Assembly (NCBI GenBank): GCA_937946835.1
Contig: CALFAV010000004.1
Location: 8,787-72,786, forward strand
Reading direction: 5' to 3'
DNA length: 64,000 nucleotides
Source of the DNA: an uncultured Verrucomicrobiae bacterium
GTDB taxonomy: Bacteria > Verrucomicrobiota > Verrucomicrobiia > Limisphaerales > J093
In this document: positions 17,055-27,475 of the stretch, in pieces
How the letters are laid out: every line of letters starts with the position of its first letter
Position numbering within the stretch: position 1 is the stretch's first letter
Translations under genes and position numbers: made by a program
Notes under the pieces: model-generated
What the model was told of the DNA's origin: nothing
What the model saw: the letters and a program-made list of their open reading frames with translations, nothing else
Databases searched by the model: none

Positions 17055-18533
17055 TCAGGGCTCCGCGTACAGGCCGAACTCGGCCAGGGCCGGGCTGGCC
17101 GCCGCCCGGGTGATGCGCAGCCGCACGCGCTCGGTGGTGAGCTTCTGCGGCAGGCGCACGAGCCGGCGGTTGCCGATGCTGGTGCCCCGGGCGAACTCGA
17201 CCCACGCGCCCTTCTGCCCGCGGTCCAGGGCAAAGGCCTCGATGCGCTGTCCCAGCGGCAGGTGCTCACGCAGGTCCACCACGTTGAAAGTCGTGGCCCG
17301 CGGCAGGCGCACGATCAGCTCGGGCGTCAGCACCTCGTCCGGCGTGGCCCAGTAGGTGGCGCGGTCGCCGTCGAGCAGATGCTGCGGGCCGTACCGCGCC
17401 GGGGTGGGCCGCACCGCACGGGCTTCGAGGACGGCGTCGGCGGCCAGGTTGGTGGCGAAGGTGGCGTCCAGGAGGCGCCGGAACTCGCGCAGCGAGGCGA
17501 GGTCGTTTTCATGAATGCGCCCGCGGCGGTCCGGGGGGAGGTTCAGGTTCAGGCAGCACCCCCGACCCACTGAGGCGTAGTAAATGTCGAGCAGTTGCGC
17601 CGGGGTCTTGACCTGCGTGTCCTCGGCCGGGTGGTAGAACCAGCCGGGGCGGATGCTCACGTCGCACTCGGCGGGGACCCAGGCGGTGCCGGGGCGCTCG
17701 CCGTTTTCGAGGCCCGCGCTGGAGCCGCCGGGGTAACGGTCGGGCCGGGTCAGGTCCAGCGTGGCCCAGCAGGGGTCGCCGGCATACCCGCGTTCGTTGC
17801 CGATCCAGCGGAAGTCCGGCCCGGCATCGCTGAACAGGCAGGCCCAGGGCTGGAGCTCGCGCACGATCCGCCAGGTGTTCGGCCAGTCGTAGTAGGTGCG
17901 GTTGTCAATGCGCCGGTGCTCGCGCGCCCCGCCGTACCAGCCGTCGCCGCCGTTGGCGCCGTCGAACCACACGGTGAACAGCTCGCCGTAGCCGGTGAGT
18001 AGTTCGCGCAGTTGGTTCCGGTAATAGGTGAGGTACTCAGGCCGGCCGTAGTCCTTGTGGTTCCGGTCCCAGGGCGAAAGGTACACGCCAAAGCGCAAGC
18101 CGTGCCGCCGGCAGGCGTCGCTGATTTCGCGGACCACGTCGCCCCGGCCGCCGCGCCAGGGGGAGTTTTTGACCGAGTGCTCCGTGTACCGACTGGGCCA
18201 GAGGCAGAAGCCGTCGTGGTGCTTGGCGGTGAGGATGAGGCCCGCCATGCCGGCCTGGCGGGCGGTGCGCACGATCTGGTCGGCGTCAAAGTCGGTGGGG
18301 TTGAACACCGCGGGGTTTTCGTCGCCATAGCCCCATTCCTTGTCGGTGAAGGTGTTCACCGTGAAGTGGAGGAAGCCGTAGAACTCCATTGCGTGCCAGC
18401 GCAACTGGCGCTCGGAGGGCACGGGACCCCACGGCGCGGGGGGCGGGGCCGGCACGGCGCCGTTGAGGGAGATGCAGCCGGTGGCAGCCAACCACGCCAA
18501 CGCCGGGATCAGACCGAAGCAACGCCTGAACAT
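17055..18533 (-). CDS. Alpha-L-fucosidase (GH29) with C-terminal discoidin-like domain, secreted
   Basis: 492 aa with an N-terminal signal peptide. Contains 'WHAMEFYGFLHFTVNTFTDKEWGYGDE...TAKHHDGFCLWPS...GVYLSPWDRN' and a C-terminal F5/8-type-C-like tail. Confidence 0.9.
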   Translation of the reverse strand: MFRRCFGLIPALAWLAATGCISLNGAVPAPPPAPWGPVPSERQLRWHAMEFYGFLHFTVNTFTDKEWGYGDENPAVFNPTDFDADQIVRTARQAGMAGLILTAKHHDGFCLWPSRYTEHSVKNSPWRGGRGDVVREISDACRRHGLRFGVYLSPWDRNHKDYGRPEYLTYYRNQLRELLTGYGELFTVWFDGANGGDGWYGGAREHRRIDNRTYYDWPNTWRIVRELQPWACLFSDAGPDFRWIGNERGYAGDPCWATLDLTRPDRYPGGSSAGLENGERPGTAWVPAECDVSIRPGWFYHPAEDTQVKTPAQLLDIYYASVGRGCCLNLNLPPDRRGRIHENDLASLREFRRLLDATFATNLAADAVLEARAVRPTPARYGPQHLLDGDRATYWATPDEVLTPELIVRLPRATTFNVVDLREHLPLGQRIEAFALDRGQKGAWVEFARGTSIGNRRLVRLPQKLTTERVRLRITRAAASPALAEFGLYAEP

Positions 18534-19036
18534 GCCCGCAGCCTACGGAAAGCCGGCGCCGGCTTCAACGGCGGGGGTGTGCCCGGTCGGCGCTTTGCCG
18601 AACCCTGCGTTGGCCCCCGCCCGAATTGGCGCGCGGCCGAGCTTCAAAACAGGCCGGCAGGGATCGGTTGCCCGGGCCGCGTTGCCGCTTGAAAAACCGT
18701 GACCTGACCGTGACCATTCCTGACCAAGCGCGATGCACCTGCAGCAAACCAGGGCACGCAGCCGAATTTCGGGTGGACCGCAGTACTACTTCCACAACGT
18801 CTCCGCGCACGGGAAGGGGATTGTCCGTCGAGCCGGTTCCACTTTCGCGACCTGCCAGGCCATCCCTGCCCGGTGGAAATCAAGAGGCGCTCGGCCCGTT
18901 TCGATTACCCAATCACCCGCTACACGGAACTGCCGCGGGTGGTGGTGTTGTGCCTGGAGCACGATTTGATCAACCCTCCGGAACACGTGGATGTCATTGA
19001 GCTGGCCACGCTGGCCGCCGCCCTGAACACCGCCTG

Positions 19037-20170
19037 ATGAGCCGCGCGCACATTGCCCCGATCACGAAAGCCATTCCGGCCGCCCGCCAGGATGACGCCC
19101 GGCACTACGGCGTGCACCCTTACTTCACCCGTCGCCCGGCCAACGTGATGCGCGCCTACCTCGAGCATTACTCCCGGCCCGGCGATGTGGTGCTCGATCC
19201 CTTTGGCGGCAGCGGCGTGATCCCGATCGAGGCTTTTCTGCTGGGCCGGCGCGCGATTCACAATGACCTGAACCCGTTCGCCAACTTCATCGCCCGCAAC
19301 ATCGCGGACACCACCCTGCCCTCGGTGGCGCCGCTGCGGGCGGCCTTCGAGCGGGTGCGCACCGCGTGTGTCGGGCCGTTGTCGGAAATCGAGCGGAGTG
19401 AAGCCGCGGCCCGCCGCTGGCTGGAACGCCTGCCCCTGCCCACCAACATCCGGCTGCCCCAAAATTCCGACGCCGAATTTTTCTACGAGCTGTTTACCCC
19501 GCGGCAACTGGCCGGCCTGGCCCTGATCAAACAGGCCATCGAAACCGCCGCCACCGGTGTGGTGCGCGATCTGTTGCTGCTGGCGTGGTCGGCCTCGGTG
19601 GCCAAGCTCAACAAGACCTTCCTCTCCGCTCGCGGCCGTGCGCCCAGCCGGGGCGGCTCGAGCATTTTCAGCCTGTACCGTTACAAAGTGGCGGCGCGGT
19701 GGGTGGAACTGCCGATTTGGGAAACCTTCCGGGGGCGTTTCGCCAACGTGCTCGCCGCCAAAGAGGAGGTGCTCCGGCTGCGCGAGTACCGCCGGCGCCG
19801 GTCCGGCGGGGGATTGCCCCTGGACAGCCGCCGGGACTTCCAGGTCCTGGCGTGCGCCGCCGCCGCGCCCGCTCCCTCCCCCGCAGGCCCTCCGCCCCCC
19901 GCCGAGCCGGCGCAGGTGCTCGCGGAGGTGTTCGACACGTGTCTGGCCAACGGCCGGGAGACCTTCACCAGCGAAGCCCTGTTCAACCGGCTGGTGCTCG
20001 AATTGTGGCGGCGGCGCGCGCTGGGTTGTCTGAACCTGGACCGACGCGCGTTTGCCGAGCAACTGCGCCGCCGCGGTTGGGATTACAACCCGCGGACTCA
20101 CCAGTGGTTGCGTTCCCCCACGCATCAGCCCCGGTCCGGAGAACCACTGTTGTTTCCCGAGTCCGGCTGA
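19037..20170 (+). CDS. DNA methyltransferase-like protein: AdoMet-binding half only, no catalytic (D/N/S)PP(Y/F/W) motif
   Basis: 377 aa. 'HPYFTRRPANVMRAYLEHYSRPGDVVLDPFGGSGVIPIEAFLLGRRAIHNDLNPFANFIARNI' matches the 'HPAxFP...VLDPFxGSGTT...GIDxxP' block of N4/N6 MTases, and 'LFTPRQLAGLALI' is also typical. No PPY/PPF/PPW tetrapeptide occurs anywhere in the ORF. Confidence 0.7.
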   Translation: MSRAHIAPITKAIPAARQDDARHYGVHPYFTRRPANVMRAYLEHYSRPGDVVLDPFGGSGVIPIEAFLLGRRAIHNDLNPFANFIARNIADTTLPSVAPLRAAFERVRTACVGPLSEIERSEAAARRWLERLPLPTNIRLPQNSDAEFFYELFTPRQLAGLALIKQAIETAATGVVRDLLLLAWSASVAKLNKTFLSARGRAPSRGGSSIFSLYRYKVAARWVELPIWETFRGRFANVLAAKEEVLRLREYRRRRSGGGLPLDSRRDFQVLACAAAAPAPSPAGPPPPAEPAQVLAEVFDTCLANGRETFTSEALFNRLVLELWRRRALGCLNLDRRAFAEQLRRRGWDYNPRTHQWLRSPTHQPRSGEPLLFPESG

Positions 20171-20285
20171 GCCAGCGCCCGCCCCGGCGAGGGGGGGCGG
20201 TGCGGCGCCGGCCGGCGCGGCGGGGTGGCCGGCTGAAAAGGCTGCTCCGCTGCAGCAGTGGCCCGCGGGACCGGCGGGCGCGGCT

Positions 20286-21395
20286 TCAGGCCACCGCCGC
20301 CGCCACCAGGTCGCCCACCTCGCGCGTGCCGTAGCCCATGCGGCCGGCGGCCAGACTCTGGAGCTTTTCGCGAACGGTGCGGATGACGGCGTCTTCGATG
20401 GCCGCGGCCATTGCGGTTTCGCCCAGGAAATCCATCATCATGGCCCCGGCGCAGATGGCGGCCAGAGGGTTGATGACGTTCTGGCCGGTATACTTGGGGG
20501 CGCTGCCGCCGATGGGCTCGAACATGCTGGTGCCGGCGGGATTGAGGTTGCCGCCGGCGGCAATGCCCATGCCGCCCTGGATCATCGCGCCCAGGTCGGT
20601 GATGATGTCGCCGAACATGTTGTCGGTCACGATGACGTCGAACCACTCCGGGTTTTTGACAAACCACATGGTGGTCGCGTCCACGTGGGCGTAGTCGCGT
20701 TTGATGTCCGGGTAGTCCTTCTGCCCGATCTCGTGGAAGGCCCGCTCCCACAGGTCGAAGGCGTAGGTGAGCACGTTGGTCTTGCCGCAGAGGGTGAGCT
20801 GGGCCTTCTGGCCGGCGGCGATCTCCTCCGGCTTGAGGCCCCGCCAGGGCCGGCCGCCGCGGCGTTTGCGGGCGTAGTCGAAGGCGAACCGCAGGCAGCG
20901 CTCCACCCCGCGCCGGGTGTTGATACTCTCCTGCACGGCGATTTCGTGGGGCGTGCCCTTGAAGACAAAGCCGCCCGCGCCGGTGTACAGCCCCTCGTTG
21001 TTCTCCCGCACCACCACGAAGTCAATGTCCTCGGGCTGCTTGTCCTTGAGCGGGCAGAACCGCGCGTCATAGAGCCGCACCGGGCGCAGGTTGATGTATT
21101 GCTCCAGCTCGAAACGCAGGCGCAGCAGGATGCCCTTTTCCAGGATGCCGGGCTTGACCTGGGGATGGCCGATGGCGCCCAGGAGAATGGCCGGAAACCG
21201 CCGCAGCTCCCCCACCACGCTGTCCGGCATCGCCTCGCCGGTGCGCCGGTAGCGCTCGCCGCCCAGGTCGTAGTCGGTGTACTCGAGTTTCACGCCGAAG
21301 CGCGGCGCCGCCGCGTCCAGCACCTTGCGCGCCTCGCGGACCACCTCGGGTCCGGTGCCGTCGCCGCCGATGACTGCGATGTGGTAGGTCTTCAT
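20286..21395 (-). CDS. Isopropylmalate/tartrate dehydrogenase family oxidoreductase (LeuB/TtuC-like)
   Basis: Real start at ATG 21395 ('MKTYHIAVIGGDGTGPEV'). Contains 'YINLRPVRLY', 'DFVVVRENNEGLYTG', 'VTDNMFGDIITDLGA' and 'FEPIGGSAPKYTGQNVINP'. The upstream 86 codons of the track ORF are junk. Confidence 0.88.
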   Translation of the reverse strand: MKTYHIAVIGGDGTGPEVVREARKVLDAAAPRFGVKLEYTDYDLGGERYRRTGEAMPDSVVGELRRFPAILLGAIGHPQVKPGILEKGILLRLRFELEQYINLRPVRLYDARFCPLKDKQPEDIDFVVVRENNEGLYTGAGGFVFKGTPHEIAVQESINTRRGVERCLRFAFDYARKRRGGRPWRGLKPEEIAAGQKAQLTLCGKTNVLTYAFDLWERAFHEIGQKDYPDIKRDYAHVDATTMWFVKNPEWFDVIVTDNMFGDIITDLGAMIQGGMGIAAGGNLNPAGTSMFEPIGGSAPKYTGQNVINPLAAICAGAMMMDFLGETAMAAAIEDAVIRTVREKLQSLAAGRMGYGTREVGDLVAAAVA

Positions 21396-21673
21396 GCTGC
21401 CAGGTGAAGTCGTCCGGCCGGGCCGGAAAGCGCGGATGCTAGGGGTTTCCGCTCCGGGGACAACAGGATTTCCCGGCCGGGGCCAGGGCGGCGCGCATCT
21501 CCGTGCCCGACAGCACCGCCGGCCGGCGAGATTGCCAGCTTCGCGGGCGGCCGGGGGGGTGGCGGCGGTGGTGTTTCCAGGCCGGCCGGTCTGCCCCGGT
21601 CGGCAGGCGGGCACCCGACAAAGGCCGTGGACAAGCCGCCCGTCGGCGCGCACATTCGGTCAGTTCGCAGCTC

Positions 21674-22468
21674 ATGAGTTCGCCCGCTTCCCCCGACGAC
21701 CCGCGCGCCTTTGCCCGGCGGGTGCTGGCCCTGGTGCGGCAACTGTACCCCGACCAGCCCGCCGCCCTGGGCGCAGACGGCGAAACCCTGCGCCTGGGCT
21801 CCGCCCGGTTTGGACTGGGCAACCTGGCCGCCAAATTCCGCCTGGCCGGCGGCGGCACGCCCGCCCTGCGGCGCCTGGTCAAGGAGCACTTCGACCTGCT
21901 GCTGCGCGACGCCGAAACCCTGCTCGGCGACATCTCCTGGGGCGAGGCCAAGCCCCTCCTGCTGCCCCAATTGATGCCCGCGGCGTTTCTCGAACAACTC
22001 CCCCTGGCCGAGCGCCCCTTTGCCCCCGGGGTGCGCATCGGGCTGGTCATTGACGCCCCCCGCGGCTACCGCTACGCCCGGCAGGACGAGCTGGCAGCCT
22101 GGGGAGTGAACCTGGACCGCGCCCTGACCGTGGCGCTGGACAACCTCACCACCCGCTCCCAGGGCCTGCTCGTCCACGCCGGCACCGGCGCCGACCGCGT
22201 CCTGATGCTGGCCAGCGGCGACGGCTACGACGCCGCGCGCGTGCTGCTGCCCCGCTGGCGCGAACTGGCCGCGGAGCACCTGGGCCTGCCCTTCCGCTTC
22301 GGCGTGCCCAACCGCGATTTTCTCCTCTGCTGGTCAGCCGACTCCACCGCGTCCACCCAGGCGGCGTTTCGGGCCCGGATCGCCCAAGATTTCAAACGCC
22401 AGCCCTACCCGCTCAGCCCGCTGGTCCTCGAGATGAACGAGGAGGGCAACGTGCGGCCCCTGGCCTGA
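21674..22468 (+). CDS. Hypothetical protein, DUF1444/UPF0354-like
   Basis: 264 aa from ATG 21674. 'VLMLASGDGYDAARVLLPRWRELAAEHLGLPFRFGVPNRDFLLCW' resembles the YtpQ-type family as I recall it. The family assignment is tentative. Confidence 0.65.
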   Translation: MSSPASPDDPRAFARRVLALVRQLYPDQPAALGADGETLRLGSARFGLGNLAAKFRLAGGGTPALRRLVKEHFDLLLRDAETLLGDISWGEAKPLLLPQLMPAAFLEQLPLAERPFAPGVRIGLVIDAPRGYRYARQDELAAWGVNLDRALTVALDNLTTRSQGLLVHAGTGADRVLMLASGDGYDAARVLLPRWRELAAEHLGLPFRFGVPNRDFLLCWSADSTASTQAAFRARIAQDFKRQPYPLSPLVLEMNEEGNVRPLA

Positions 22469-22530
22469 GCGCGGGCCGCTTGCCCGCCCGGTGAGAAGCT
22501 TGCTGCATCCGCGGGCGGTTCCTGCTTTAA

Positions 22531-23679
<1,149 letters not shown>

Positions 23680-23695
23680 CGCCGCCCACGACGGC

Positions 23696-25702
23696 CTATC
23701 GCACCCGTTTCAAATTCAAGGTGACCTGTTTCGTCACCCGCATGTTGCCCACGTTGCTGGTGGTGGTCTTGGCGTGGGTGATCTGGTCGGGGGAATGGTG
23801 GAACTCACCCTCCTGCGCCCGGACGAACTCGAAGCCATACAGGTCGGTGCCCCTGGCGTAATCCGTGGTTGTCACCACTTCGCAGCCCGCGCCGGCCGGG
23901 GATTTCGTCGTCGTGATGCTGAGGCCCCGCAACGGCACCTCGACCATGTCGGTCATGTAGTTCAACCAGGTGCCCGGGCCGAAAACGCTCCCGGAACTGT
24001 CCAGGCTGACGGTCACGGTGAGATTCACGACGTTGGAGACCACGCTGCTGATCTGGCTGCGCCGCTCGAAGGACTCGCCCCCGTCGTGGGGTGAGGGCCC
24101 CGCCAGGGCCACGCGTGCCGCGCCGGCGCAGGCGTCCCAGGGCGTCCAGGTCCGCTCGCGAAACGTGTGAGCCCCCTGGCCCAGGCCGGACAGTTCGAAG
24201 GTCAGGTTGGTAAAGCCGGGCAAGAAAAGAATCGGCGGGACGATTTCCACCTCCACGCTGTTGACGACCGCACTCAGCTCGTAGGTCCACGCCTCATCCG
24301 CCTGGCTGCGGATCGAGGGAGTGCTGATGTTCGCGGCATAGCGACCGCGCTCGACCAGCTTGAGCTCGCCCGTCCATTCGGGCACGCAATCCCGCCACGC
24401 CTCGTCACTGTTGGGCGCGGCGCAGTTCCCGTCGGTCATGCCGAGCAACTGGCGCGTCCGCTCGAGGCCCAGCAGGAACACCACCAACCGCCGGTCCGGC
24501 CCCCGGGTGCGGCAGCATTCCAACGCCTCCTCCTCGCAGCGCTTCAGCCCCAGACAAATCAGGTCGTTCGCGGTCTGGTCCCTGGGGTCGTCGTCCGAGG
24601 CCACGCCGAGCAACTGCCGCTGGCGTTCGTAGCCGAGCAACCAGGGGAGCAGCTCGCGGGCAACGGCGCACTTCTGCGCGGCGTTGGCGACGCGCGGCTT
24701 GAGTTGCTGCTCGTAGAACGTTGCTCCTTCGTTGAATGCCTCCACGACGGCTGGCTCCCCCGGCTCCTCCACGCCCAGGAGCTGTTTTTGCCGCTCCACC
24801 GCGAGGAGGGCCGCGACCTTTTGTTGGACCGGCCGGATGGCCTCCTCGAGTTCCTCGTGCAGCGCCCGCGCCTCGTCCTCTTCGTCCGGGTAGCACTCCT
24901 CCATGCTGGCGTGTAACGACACGCGACGCGCCCGGGGGGCGGGGCCGGTGGCCGCGAGCGCCTCCACCTCCCCCAGGGTGAACATCCCGGAACCGTGGCT
25001 GCGCAACTGGTTGACCAGGATGCGCACGCGATTGGTCCCCACCAGGTCCGGCACCAGATGAAGTTGGGTGCCGTCGTTGTTGAAGGTGAACGAGGCGATG
25101 CGGGACGTGGGCACGTTGGTGGTGAAATTCACCTCCAGGAACGCCGGCGCGGCCAGCACCAGGCCTTCCGGTTCGAGCCGGACGGCGGTCAGGAACCCCG
25201 CCGCGGCGGGCAGGCCGGCGAGGTTCGTCACCAGGGTCATGCTCACCAGGGTCGGGGCAAACACCGCGTTTGAAGAAATGGCCAGAGTGAGTGCGGGCAC
25301 GTCCATGGTTTGCAGATACAGGGTGCCGCCTCCGGCGGGGGTGACCAGGGCGTGCGCGACGAGATTGGTGTCCGGCGTTGGTGCCACGGTCGGATAGGGG
25401 ATCACCGGGGCCGCAAGCACGGCGCGGTAAAACAGCCAGCGCTGACCGGCCGGGCCGGCGTGTTGCACCGTCAGCACTCCGTTCACCGCGGGGGCGGTGG
25501 TCACCTCGGCCCACGCGACGAGGTTAGAAGACACCTCGACCCGATACGGCTGGCCGGATTCGCCGACCAGCCGCAGGGTGACGGAGCCATCCGCCACCAC
25601 CGGTGTCTCGAACCTTGGGGCGGCGGGCCTGGCCTGCAAAAGGCCAAGCAAGGCGGCCAGCCATAAACACCGATGAAGTCGGAATCGAGCGTTCGTGTTC
25701 AT
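23696..25702 (-). CDS. Secreted hypothetical protein with an N-terminal beta-sandwich module and three ~56-aa 'ER-x-[KR]-QLLG' repeats
   Basis: 668 aa from ATG 25702 with signal peptide 'MNTNARFRLHRCLWLAALLGLLQARPAAP'. Protein-like composition. I recognise no enzymatic motif. Confidence 0.75.
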   Translation of the reverse strand: MNTNARFRLHRCLWLAALLGLLQARPAAPRFETPVVADGSVTLRLVGESGQPYRVEVSSNLVAWAEVTTAPAVNGVLTVQHAGPAGQRWLFYRAVLAAPVIPYPTVAPTPDTNLVAHALVTPAGGGTLYLQTMDVPALTLAISSNAVFAPTLVSMTLVTNLAGLPAAAGFLTAVRLEPEGLVLAAPAFLEVNFTTNVPTSRIASFTFNNDGTQLHLVPDLVGTNRVRILVNQLRSHGSGMFTLGEVEALAATGPAPRARRVSLHASMEECYPDEEDEARALHEELEEAIRPVQQKVAALLAVERQKQLLGVEEPGEPAVVEAFNEGATFYEQQLKPRVANAAQKCAVARELLPWLLGYERQRQLLGVASDDDPRDQTANDLICLGLKRCEEEALECCRTRGPDRRLVVFLLGLERTRQLLGMTDGNCAAPNSDEAWRDCVPEWTGELKLVERGRYAANISTPSIRSQADEAWTYELSAVVNSVEVEIVPPILFLPGFTNLTFELSGLGQGAHTFRERTWTPWDACAGAARVALAGPSPHDGGESFERRSQISSVVSNVVNLTVTVSLDSSGSVFGPGTWLNYMTDMVEVPLRGLSITTTKSPAGAGCEVVTTTDYARGTDLYGFEFVRAQEGEFHHSPDQITHAKTTTSNVGNMRVTKQVTLNLKRVR

Positions 25703-25960
25703 GGTGCACCCTTGACCAAGCCCGCCAGCCTCGCCAGCAAAAACCCGCAGCGGTTGCAAAAGGCATGGCATCGAACCCAAACCGGCCCTTCACCAGGCGA
25801 CCCGGAGATGGACCACCCGTGCCAGACCACGCGCCCTTTTTGCCACCGGTGGCGGTCGGGCGGTTGAACGCCTCTGCAGCCGCCATTTTGGGGAACCCGC
25901 GGGGGGGCGCCGGGGTATTTGCCATTGCGGCCGGGCGTCCCGGCTTGGTTTTATCGCTTC

Positions 25961-27475
25961 GTGAAAAGCTGCTTTCACCCGGCCGTAGTCATCCTCTCCG
26001 GGCTTGTGCTCTTGGGCGGCACCCCCCTCGCGGCCCGCGCCGGCACGCTGCCGAATTTGGTGTTCATCCTCGCGGACGACCTGGGCTACGGCGACCCGCG
26101 TTGCTACAACCCCGACTCGAAAATCCCCACCCCGCACCTGGACCGGCTCGCCACCGAGGGGCTGCGCTTCACCGACCTGCACACCCCCTCGGCCGTGTGC
26201 ACCCCCACCCGCTACGGGCTGTTGACCGGTCGCTACGCCTGGCGCAGCCGGCTCAAATCGGGCGTGCTCTGGGGCTGGTCGCCGCCCCTGATCGAGCCGG
26301 GTCGGCTGACGCTGCCCGCGCTGCTCCGGGAGCGCGGTTACGTGACGGCGGGTTTCGGCAAGTGGCATCTGGGGCTGGGCTGGGCCACGCGCGAACCCGT
26401 GAACTTCGGCGATGGGCCCAAACCCGCGGCGGATGTGACGCTGGTGGACTACGGGCGGCCGCTTTCGGGCGGCCCGCTCACGGCGGGTTTCGACTCGTAC
26501 TTCGGCATCCCGGCCTCGCTGGACATGGAGCCGTACGTCTGGATCGAGAACGACCGTTGCGTGGCGGCACCCACCGCCTGGTGCGCGGGCGACAAACACC
26601 AGCGCCAGGGCGGGGGTGGCTTTTACCGCGCCGGGCCGATGGCGCCGGATTTCCGCCACGAGGAGGTGCTGCCGGAAATCACGCGCCGCGCGGTGCGGTT
26701 TCTGGAAACGCAGGCCCGTGCGGACCGGCGTCGCCCCTTTTTCGCTTACGTGGCCCTGTCCTCGCCGCATGACCCCTGGCTGCCCACCGGCCGGTTTCGC
26801 GGTCTCAGCCGGGCCGGGCCACGCGGCGATTTCGTGGCGCAGACCGATCATTGCGTGGGCGAAATCCTGGCCGCACTGGACCGGCTGGGGTTGGCGCGCG
26901 ACACGATGGTGGTTTTCACCAGCGACAACGGCGCCCACTGGCTCCCCGGAGAAAACCAGCAGTATCAACACGCGGCCAACGGGCCCTGGCGCGGGCAGAA
27001 GGCCGACATCCACGAAGGCGGGCACCGCGTGCCGGGGCTGGTGCGCTGGCCGGGCCGGGTGAAGCCGGGCACGGTCACCGGGCACCTGGCCTGCCTGACT
27101 GATTTTTTCGCCACGGTCGCCGAATTGGTTGGCGCCCGGTTGCCGCCAGATGCCGCCGAGGACAGCTTCAGCTTCGCCCACCTCCTGGTGGGGCGCCGGC
27201 CCGCCCAGCCGGTCCGGTCATCGCTGGTCATGCATTCCGGGCGGGGCCTGTTCGCCTTGCGGCGCGGTGGCTGGAAGCTCGTGGAAGGGCTTGGCTCGGG
27301 CGGGTTCACCCCGCCGGAACGGGTCCAACCGCGGCCCGGCGAGCCGCCCGGTCAACTTTACGATCTGTACACCGACCCCGCCGAAACGACCAACCGCTAT
27401 GCCGAACAGCCGACGGTGGTCGCGGCGCTCCGGGCCGAGTTGGAAGCGATTCGGCAAAACGGACGCAGCCGGTGA
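25961..27475 (+). CDS. Arylsulfatase (formylglycine-dependent sulfatase family), secreted
   Basis: 'NLVFILADDLGYGDPRCYN' and the FGly motif 'SAVCTPTRYGLLTGRY'. GTG 25961 gives the signal peptide 'MKSCFHPAVVILSGLVLLGGTPLAARA'. The track ORF opens at TTG 25919. Confidence 0.9.
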   Translation: MKSCFHPAVVILSGLVLLGGTPLAARAGTLPNLVFILADDLGYGDPRCYNPDSKIPTPHLDRLATEGLRFTDLHTPSAVCTPTRYGLLTGRYAWRSRLKSGVLWGWSPPLIEPGRLTLPALLRERGYVTAGFGKWHLGLGWATREPVNFGDGPKPAADVTLVDYGRPLSGGPLTAGFDSYFGIPASLDMEPYVWIENDRCVAAPTAWCAGDKHQRQGGGGFYRAGPMAPDFRHEEVLPEITRRAVRFLETQARADRRRPFFAYVALSSPHDPWLPTGRFRGLSRAGPRGDFVAQTDHCVGEILAALDRLGLARDTMVVFTSDNGAHWLPGENQQYQHAANGPWRGQKADIHEGGHRVPGLVRWPGRVKPGTVTGHLACLTDFFATVAELVGARLPPDAAEDSFSFAHLLVGRRPAQPVRSSLVMHSGRGLFALRRGGWKLVEGLGSGGFTPPERVQPRPGEPPGQLYDLYTDPAETTNRYAEQPTVVAALRAELEAIRQNGRSR

